In this document: positions 57,323 through 64,000 of the stretch, in pieces
Layout of the letters: each line of letters starts with the position of its first letter
Position numbering within the stretch: the first letter of the stretch is position 1
Source of the DNA: Patescibacteria group bacterium
Lineage (GTDB): Bacteria; Patescibacteriota; Microgenomatia; JAMCZE01
Reading direction: 5' to 3'
Assembly: GCA_023485845.1 (NCBI GenBank)
Contig: JAMCZE010000001.1
Span: 62,456-126,455, forward strand
Length of the DNA: 64,000 nucleotides
The notes under the pieces: model-generated
Seen by the model: the letters and a program-made list of their open reading frames with translations, nothing else
The model's database searches: none
What the model was told of the DNA's origin: nothing
Made by a program: the position numbers and the translations under genes

Positions 57323-58506
57323 AAAATAATTTGATAGGTAAGGGACATAAGCCAACTAAGAATCAATCGACCTTTAATAAGGCAATATCTCTTCAAAGTC
57401 ATCTAAAGAATTCAAATTTTCCTAAAATTCGGAATTTTATCATAAATGACCCAGACTCAATTAGATTTGAACCATTTTTGAACAGAGATCTACTTAGGTT
57501 AAATTTAGAGAGTCTGCAAAAAATAAAGCCGAATGAGACTAAGGTAATAAAGCAGGTGAAAGAAGAAATTGGCCGTATTGACAAAATTGTTAATAAAACA
57601 CCAGATATTATGACTAAGAATCTTCGGCCTTTATCACGAAGCTTAAGTAAGTCACCGAAGGTTTCGATTATCACAACTTCAATGAACCTGGCTCCACTAT
57701 TAGATGAGACGATGAGATCGATTTTCAATCAGGAAGGGGATGATTATGAATATATTGTCATTGATGGCGGATCGTCTGATAACTCTTTAAAGTTAATGAA
57801 GAAATACCCAATTTCGGTTTTGATTTCCGAAAAAGACAGTGGCTATCCAGAAGCTTTCTGGAAAGGGCTACGTTTGGCAAAAGGGAAGTATATTATGCAG
57901 TGTTGTATTTCTGATGGCTATGCTTCACCATCTTGGGTCAAGAAATGTGTCCAATTTCTTGATAGCCATAAAGATATCTCTTTGGTTTGGGGAAATGCGT
58001 CTGGTTTATCTGCAAAAGGTCAAATGGTTGATATTACTTATCCGCGTTTTGTTTACGAAGAGGCACCGCAGGGTGAACAAATGTTTTCTTATTGGTTAAA
58101 GACGGCATTTCATTACCCGGAGGTAAACCTATGCGTCAGGAAAGAAGTTATTCTTAAATGCTATCCACCCATGCCCTGGCGAAACGAAGATATGTTGGAT
58201 TGGTTGGAATTTGACTACCGGTTTAATAAATCAGGTTATCTTTCAAAATATTTACCGATTCTGGCCAGTTTTCATTATCTTGAGCACGGCAACAAATTAG
58301 GCAAGAAACTTGACAAAAATGGTTGGTACCAGAGAGTATTAAAAATACACAAAAGAAGAATTTGGTTTTACAAATGGCAGTTATTACTTGGTTTTGCTAC
58401 ACACCGTTTTGTAAACTCTAAAGAAGAAGAACTATCTACCAAGTTTGATCACAACAAGTTAAGACAAGAAACGCTTTCAGAAATTAAATCACATCTGCTG
58501 CAATGA
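57319..58506 (+). CDS. GT2 glycosyltransferase with N-terminal extension
   Basis: PKVSIIT, IDGGSSD, SEKDSG, KG after about 110-aa charged leader. Confidence 0.8.
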   Translation: MKNNLIGKGHKPTKNQSTFNKAISLQSHLKNSNFPKIRNFIINDPDSIRFEPFLNRDLLRLNLESLQKIKPNETKVIKQVKEEIGRIDKIVNKTPDIMTKNLRPLSRSLSKSPKVSIITTSMNLAPLLDETMRSIFNQEGDDYEYIVIDGGSSDNSLKLMKKYPISVLISEKDSGYPEAFWKGLRLAKGKYIMQCCISDGYASPSWVKKCVQFLDSHKDISLVWGNASGLSAKGQMVDITYPRFVYEEAPQGEQMFSYWLKTAFHYPEVNLCVRKEVILKCYPPMPWRNEDMLDWLEFDYRFNKSGYLSKYLPILASFHYLEHGNKLGKKLDKNGWYQRVLKIHKRRIWFYKWQLLLGFATHRFVNSKEEELSTKFDHNKLRQETLSEIKSHLLQ

Positions 58507-59528
58507 AAAAAATTTTTCTTGCAGTTCCGAACCCACTTTTCGCGAATAATGGTATATTTACCCGGAAGGATTGGAATCATACATTTGACTGCTGGAGGGG
58601 GTTAAGAGTTCGATTAAAAAAACTTGGTTATAGCCTTACTACTCCCGATAATAATTCACTATCAGGTTGCGAGTGGGTGATTTTTATTGATACGTCAAGC
58701 GTTGATGGTCTTTCCAGTGATAAAAGTTGGCCTAATAGGCAATTATATTCAGAAGCATTAAGAGTAAACCTAAAAAGTAAAATGATATTGTTTCTGTGGG
58801 AAGGAAAAGTTATTAATTCCATCAATTACGCAAGAGAAACGTGGGATAAGTTTGATAATATTTTTACCTGGGATGATGATTTAGTAGACAACCATAAATT
58901 TCACAAATTCTATTTGCCCGTACCGAATGTGCCACCGGTTAAAAAAACTATACCGTTTAATAAAAAAAAATTATTGGTTAATATCTCAATAAATAAATAT
59001 GCAAAAGGACCGAATGAATTATATTCAGCCAGGAGAAAAACGATTGAATATTTTGACAATAACTTTCCTAATGATTTTGATCTTTTTGGCCCTCGATGGA
59101 ACAAGCCAATAAACACTTTTCAAAAATATCTTCCCTGGACATGGAAAAAATATCGTACATATCGCGGCGTGTCGTTTAATAAACTTAAAACCTTGTCTCA
59201 ATATAAATTTACCCTTTGCTATGAGAATATGACAGGTTCAAAGGGGTGGGTGACAGAGAAAATATTTGATGCCCTTAAAGCTAAAAGTGTGCCTATATAT
59301 TGGGGGGCGCCAAATATTGGAAAGTATGTAGACAATGATGTGTTTATTGACAGGCGAAATTTTTCTAGTGAAGAGAAACTGGCAAAATTCCTGATGCATA
59401 TGACAGAAAATGAATATAATAACTATATAATCTCCGGCGAGCAATATATAAAAAGCAGCAGATTTAATAAATTTTCATCTAGATATTTCGGCGACACGAT
59501 CCTAAAACTACTTAAAATTAATGCATAA
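58503..59528 (+). CDS. GT10 alpha-1,3-fucosyltransferase-like
   Basis: YKFTLCYEN, VTEKIFDA, VPIYWG. Confidence 0.88.
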   Translation: MKKIFLAVPNPLFANNGIFTRKDWNHTFDCWRGLRVRLKKLGYSLTTPDNNSLSGCEWVIFIDTSSVDGLSSDKSWPNRQLYSEALRVNLKSKMILFLWEGKVINSINYARETWDKFDNIFTWDDDLVDNHKFHKFYLPVPNVPPVKKTIPFNKKKLLVNISINKYAKGPNELYSARRKTIEYFDNNFPNDFDLFGPRWNKPINTFQKYLPWTWKKYRTYRGVSFNKLKTLSQYKFTLCYENMTGSKGWVTEKIFDALKAKSVPIYWGAPNIGKYVDNDVFIDRRNFSSEEKLAKFLMHMTENEYNNYIISGEQYIKSSRFNKFSSRYFGDTILKLLKINA

Positions 59529-60333
59529 TATGGCTAATTTAGCCAAGCGACTTATTCTCTTATTGGCACAGTTGTTCAATATTAATCTGACACTTTTAGC
59601 CTATCGGGCAAACGGGATTTTGAATTCTGGTTCGCTTAGCAAGACGGGAGAGCAATTTGTTATCGACGAAGTGCTGCCAAAATTAATCGCCGCCAAAATA
59701 CCAATTTTTTTTGATGTTGGTGGCGATACTGGAGAAACTTCGGAGGAATTAATCAAAAAATTTCCTAACAGTAGACTCTTTTCGTTTGAACCAAACCCCA
59801 TTGGATTTATAGCGATGAGGAATAAGCTTAAGGCATACCCCCATGTCATATGCGAGAACTTAGCACTTGGTAATAAATCAGGGAGAGTTAAATTATATCG
59901 ATATCAAAAGTATAAAACTGGGCTGATCACGGGATCAAAAGTTGCGTTATCAGAGTTCTACAGAACGCGCGGTAAGATAGTTGAATTTTCTCGCTCCATG
60001 AAGACAATCGATCAATATTGCGGACTACGTCAAATTAGAACCATAGATTTTCTGAAAATCGATGTTGAAGGTAACGAACTAAACGTGTTAAAAGGCGCAA
60101 AAAAAATGATTAAACAGAACAAAATTAAAACCATTCAGTTTGAGTTTAACAATTTTAATGTTATTAACAGAACGTTTTTGTATGACTTTTATAAGTTGTT
60201 GCCCAATTTTGACTTATATCGAATTAGGAGAGGGGGTCTGGTTTATTTAGACCATTATGATAGTATAAATGAGATTTTTAAATTCCAAAATATACTTGCA
60301 GTGATAAAACATGGTAATGACAAAACAATTTGA
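59521..60333 (+). CDS. FkbM-family methyltransferase
   Basis: DVGG..G, FEP, ALG, IDFLKIDVEGNE. Confidence 0.9.
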   Translation: MHNMANLAKRLILLLAQLFNINLTLLAYRANGILNSGSLSKTGEQFVIDEVLPKLIAAKIPIFFDVGGDTGETSEELIKKFPNSRLFSFEPNPIGFIAMRNKLKAYPHVICENLALGNKSGRVKLYRYQKYKTGLITGSKVALSEFYRTRGKIVEFSRSMKTIDQYCGLRQIRTIDFLKIDVEGNELNVLKGAKKMIKQNKIKTIQFEFNNFNVINRTFLYDFYKLLPNFDLYRIRRGGLVYLDHYDSINEIFKFQNILAVIKHGNDKTI

Positions 60334-61129
60334 TGTTCCTATTCTACTGTTAATTTTTAATCGACCTGAGATGACAAGAAAAGTGTTGGCATCTATCAGG
60401 TTGATAAAGCCGAAAAAGTTATACATTGCGGCTGATGGGCCAAGAGACAAGGGCGATATCTCTAAATGCCTTGCGGCTAGGAAAATCGTTAAGGAAGTTA
60501 ACTGGCCTTGTCGGGTAAAAACTCTCTTCCAAGACAATAATTTGGGTTGCGGACTTGGACCTGTGACCGGTATTAATTGGTTCTTTAAGCATGTGGAAGC
60601 AGGAATTATTCTGGAAGATGATTGCCTGCCAGCCCCCTCCTTTCTTTACTTTTGTCAGGAATTATTGAACCACTACTGGAATAATTCCAGTATAATGCAC
60701 ATCAGTGGTAATAATTTCCAATATGGCAAAAAATTTGGGCATGGGTCTTATTATTTTTCGCAATATACTCACAATTGGGGTTGGGCTACCTGGCGCCGCG
60801 CCTGGAGACATAATAACTACCGACTTTTAAGCCGGGAGAAAAGAAAACAAGTGTGGGATAAACAATGGCTCATGTCGGTGGAAAAGGCAAAGGGGCTGGC
60901 GATTCTTCCAAATGTTAATTTGGTTTCTAATATCGGGTTTGGAGCTGAGGCAACGCACACAAAAAAGATAGAACGATATGCCAAGCTTCCACTTCAGACA
61001 ATGAAATTTCCGCTAGTTCATCCAAAGTCCATATCAAGGAATGTTATGGCTGATTTTCTCACCTACCATAACCATTTCGGAGGGAGCACTCTTGGCTTTA
61101 TCTTTCAGGAGCTGTCTAAATTAATATGA
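60311..61129 (+). CDS. GT-A nucleotide-diphospho-sugar transferase
   Basis: FNRP, ADGPR, NLGC, IILEDD, WGWATWRRAW, NIGFG. Confidence 0.85.
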   Translation: MVMTKQFDVPILLLIFNRPEMTRKVLASIRLIKPKKLYIAADGPRDKGDISKCLAARKIVKEVNWPCRVKTLFQDNNLGCGLGPVTGINWFFKHVEAGIILEDDCLPAPSFLYFCQELLNHYWNNSSIMHISGNNFQYGKKFGHGSYYFSQYTHNWGWATWRRAWRHNNYRLLSREKRKQVWDKQWLMSVEKAKGLAILPNVNLVSNIGFGAEATHTKKIERYAKLPLQTMKFPLVHPKSISRNVMADFLTYHNHFGGSTLGFIFQELSKLI

Positions 61130-62010
61130 ATATCCTTAATCCAATTACCAAAAATAGAAATGTTGTTTTGGAAGAAAAAATTTCCATTTCTCGTGTTATT
61201 AGAGAGTATCGAGACCAACTGCATGTTAATGTTAGACGGTTTTTTCGTGGCCATAAAGAAATAAGCATCTATCGGTGTTTAGACACCGGGTACCGTTTTT
61301 ATTACCCCTTTAATCTTGCTGGTGACAGTTTGTTTTACCAAAGACTAGAAAGATTTCGTTGGTATTACATGGATTGGAAATGGGAGCAGGAAATTGCCCA
61401 GAAAGAAATCAGCCACACAGATGTCATCCTGGAGATTGGCTGTGCTAGGGGTGGGTTTCTCGACAAAGTCAAGACAAGTTGCAGAGAGAGTATCGGATTA
61501 GAGACAAACCAAAAGGCCCTGACTGCCGCCAGAAAGAGAGGTTTGAGTGCTTTTAATCAAACGATCGAGGAATATGCTAAAGCTAATAAAAGGCAATATG
61601 ATGTCGTCTGTTCGTTTCAGGTTCTTGAGCATATTCCTGATGTTCAAGGCTTTATTTTGTCTTCGCTTGCCGTCTTAAAAAAGGGCGGAAAAATGATTAT
61701 TAGTGTGCCCAATAACGATAGCCTTGTGATTCGAAACAATAATATTGCCTTAAACTTTCCGCCCCATCATATGGGGCTGTGGAACCTTAATTCATTAATC
61801 AAGATTCAGAATTTTTTTGATATACGACTTGATAAAATCTTGCTTGAGCCGCTGCAGCCCTATCACTTAGGTTTTGCCCAAAGACGTTTTGCGATGAGCT
61901 CGGGTAAATTGATAAGGCTCATGCCAAAAAGTGTCACGGCCGGTATTATAGAAGCAGTTAGGGAAGATATTATTGGCCACACAATTATGGCTGTCTATAT
62001 AAAGAAATAG
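61126..62010 (+). CDS. Class I SAM-dependent methyltransferase
   Basis: LEIGCARG, FQVLEH, SVPN, PPHH. Confidence 0.87.
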   Translation: MNILNPITKNRNVVLEEKISISRVIREYRDQLHVNVRRFFRGHKEISIYRCLDTGYRFYYPFNLAGDSLFYQRLERFRWYYMDWKWEQEIAQKEISHTDVILEIGCARGGFLDKVKTSCRESIGLETNQKALTAARKRGLSAFNQTIEEYAKANKRQYDVVCSFQVLEHIPDVQGFILSSLAVLKKGGKMIISVPNNDSLVIRNNNIALNFPPHHMGLWNLNSLIKIQNFFDIRLDKILLEPLQPYHLGFAQRRFAMSSGKLIRLMPKSVTAGIIEAVREDIIGHTIMAVYIKK

Positions 62011-62012
62011 TT

Positions 62013-64000
62013 ATGAGACAAGAGAATTCTATTAGTTTTGTTATGCCAGCGTATAACAGTGAACGTACCGTTAATGAGGCAGTTGAGTCAATTATTAATG
62101 GAAACCTTATAGACGGAGATGAGATTATTATTGTGGACGACGCGTCCACGGACAAAACGACAGAAAGGATTCAGACTTTAGCCGCAAAATATCCCATAAT
62201 AAGAATAATTCGTAACAGAGTGAACAAGGGTTGTCCAGCCTCAAGAAACATTGGAATAAGAGCGGCAAAAAATCTTCTCATTTTTAATCTTGATGCGGAT
62301 GATGTTTTGATAGCCGGAAGTGTTTCTAAACTGAAAGAATATCTCCTTTTTGAGAAAGCAGATGTCGCCGCCTTCGGAGAAATTCATTTTTTTAAGAATA
62401 ATACAAACGAAGTCACACATCGCTGGATACTTCCGTCTGGTATTCTTACTTTGGCAGACTATTTATCTGGACCGTATGTGCCCGGGGGAAATTATCTTTA
62501 CACTAAAAAAAGCTGGGCAAAAGTTAATGGCTATTGGGAATACGGAAAAGGACTTCATGAATTTTGGGGATTTAGCCTTAAACAAATTGCCTCTGGGTCA
62601 AAATTTATAGTGTTAGCAAACACCTTCTATTATCATCGATACAACCATAAGTCTCTTTTTATCCGGGAAACCAGTAGCAGTGATGACAGCTCTTTAATGG
62701 CAACGAAAATGACAAAGCCATTTCTTTCTTTAATAGAACCTCATGATCGGCAATATATTGAAAGTGAAGAGGGTAGCCGAACGTGGTTTACAAATCTGTC
62801 TAATCATCCGATCCGTGTCAAAAATAAAGAGATCGGCCGGCAAGGTATAAAGGAGGTTCTCGAGAAAAAAACGCGACCGTTTTTTGGCGGTTGGATTGGA
62901 TCAAAAGTGGAACGAGCACATGATTATTATCGATTTGCTAAGGACTTTGTAGCTTTTAAATCCATCCAAAATGATCGTTTCTTGGTTTCATGGAGAGATA
63001 GTCGACCCAGATTAGGTGAGGACACACCCAATACTGTCTTTGATCCCCATTACATCTATCATACTGCTTGGGCTGCTAGAATTTTGTCAAAGATCAAGCC
63101 AAAATATCATACCGATATATCATCTATTCTCTACTTTAGTTCGATTATTTCTGCCTTTATACCGGTAAGATTTTACGATTACCGTCCTGTTAATTTAAGG
63201 TTAAATAATTTAACCTCCGGCTTCGCGGATCTGACAAAGTTACCGTTTGCTGATAACAGCATCCCTTCACTTTCGTGCATGCATACCGTTGAACATATTG
63301 GGCTAGGTCGGTATGGGGACAAGCTTAATCCAGATGAAGACCTCCGGGCAATAAGCGAATTAAAAAGAGTTCTCGCCTATGGGGGGTCACTTTTGTTTGT
63401 GGTACCCATTGGTCGGCCAAGAGTTTTATTTAATGCCCACCGCATATATTCTCTAAATCAGGTCATCTCTTATTTTCCCGATCTTGAGTTAAAAGAATTT
63501 TCCTTAGTGCCAGACGACTATGATCGATTGGGAATGGTAGATAATCCGTCGGAGGAATTTTGTAACCAGCAAGATTACGCTTGCGGGTGTTTCTGGTTTA
63601 CAAAGAGGGAGCTCAAAACTTTTGGAAGTAGAAATAGTAAAAAATACTCAGTCGATGTAGTGATACCCGTCTACAACGGACAAGACTACATCATTCAAGC
63701 GATTGAGTCTGTCAATAAACAGACTTATAAACCGAATAAAATTATTGTTGTTGACGATGGGTCGACAGATAAAACGCCGGCGTTAATTAAACGTCTGAGG
63801 AAAAGCAATCAGACATTATTTTATTTGCGAAAAAGAAGAGGAGGGCCGAGCTCTGCCCGCAATGTTGGTATTAAATATAGCAATGCTGAATTCATTGCTT
63901 TTTTAGATGCTGATGATGTTTGGGAGTCAGCTAAACTGGAAAAACAAATTAAACTGTTTAAAAATAGCGACAATCAAAATTTAGGCGTTGTTTATTGCAA
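62013..64000 (+). CDS. GT2 - DUF268-like methyltransferase - GT2 fusion (3'-truncated by window; not in ORF track)
   Basis: Hand translation from ATG 62013 has no stop to the window end: MPAYN..DDASTD..DADD; FDPHYIYHTAWAAR..SCMHTVEHIGLGRYGD..FNAHRIY; IPVYN..DDGSTD..FLDADD. Confidence 0.85.
   Translation, partial: MRQENSISFVMPAYNSERTVNEAVESIINGNLIDGDEIIIVDDASTDKTTERIQTLAAKYPIIRIIRNRVNKGCPASRNIGIRAAKNLLIFNLDADDVLIAGSVSKLKEYLLFEKADVAAFGEIHFFKNNTNEVTHRWILPSGILTLADYLSGPYVPGGNYLYTKKSWAKVNGYWEYGKGLHEFWGFSLKQIASGSKFIVLANTFYYHRYNHKSLFIRETSSSDDSSLMATKMTKPFLSLIEPHDRQYIESEEGSRTWFTNLSNHPIRVKNKEIGRQGIKEVLEKKTRPFFGGWIGSKVERAHDYYRFAKDFVAFKSIQNDRFLVSWRDSRPRLGEDTPNTVFDPHYIYHTAWAARILSKIKPKYHTDISSILYFSSIISAFIPVRFYDYRPVNLRLNNLTSGFADLTKLPFADNSIPSLSCMHTVEHIGLGRYGDKLNPDEDLRAISELKRVLAYGGSLLFVVPIGRPRVLFNAHRIYSLNQVISYFPDLELKEFSLVPDDYDRLGMVDNPSEEFCNQQDYACGCFWFTKRELKTFGSRNSKKYSVDVVIPVYNGQDYIIQAIESVNKQTYKPNKIIVVDDGSTDKTPALIKRLRKSNQTLFYLRKRRGGPSSARNVGIKYSNAEFIAFLDADDVWESAKLEKQIKLFKNSDNQNLGVVYC

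Noticed and set aside
1-64000. Alternative genetic code or stop readthrough explaining the split genes
   Set aside because: Splits change frame rather than being in-frame stops, and TGA, TAA and TAG all end normal genes.

Overview
The whole 64 kb window is one wall-to-wall cell-surface glycan gene cluster of about 57 genes. Nearly all are on the + strand and overlap or abut; the largest intergenic gap is 88 bp. I found no rRNA, tRNA, CRISPR, transposase or integrase. Gene content and compactness suggest a CPR/Patescibacteria (Microgenomates-like) genome; this is inference. Left part (1 to about 46 kb): about 21 integral-membrane GT-C-fold glycosyltransferases (PMT/ArnT-like, YfhO, MptA/B-like, GT87-like, PTPS-related, TMTC-like), five GT2 polyprenol-phosphate-sugar synthases, a Wzx flippase, an ArnE/EamA-like small flippase, GT4s and hddA/gmhA. 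Right part (about 47-64 kb, visibly more AT-rich): a Wzm/Wzt polysaccharide module with a split transketolase, an SDR, a ColC/Fcl-ColD fusion (probable GDP-colitose synthesis), a GT10, methyltransferases and a GT2-DUF268-GT2 fusion missing from the ORF track. Fine-scale signals: a 455-bp tandem duplication that breaks a GT-C gene, four other split or frameshifted GTs, heptamer tandem repeats and palindromic elements sitting in frame inside GT genes, and recurrent -10 boxes 6-10 nt before start codons, including two bidirectional ones. Family calls rest on motif recognition by eye, not database searches.
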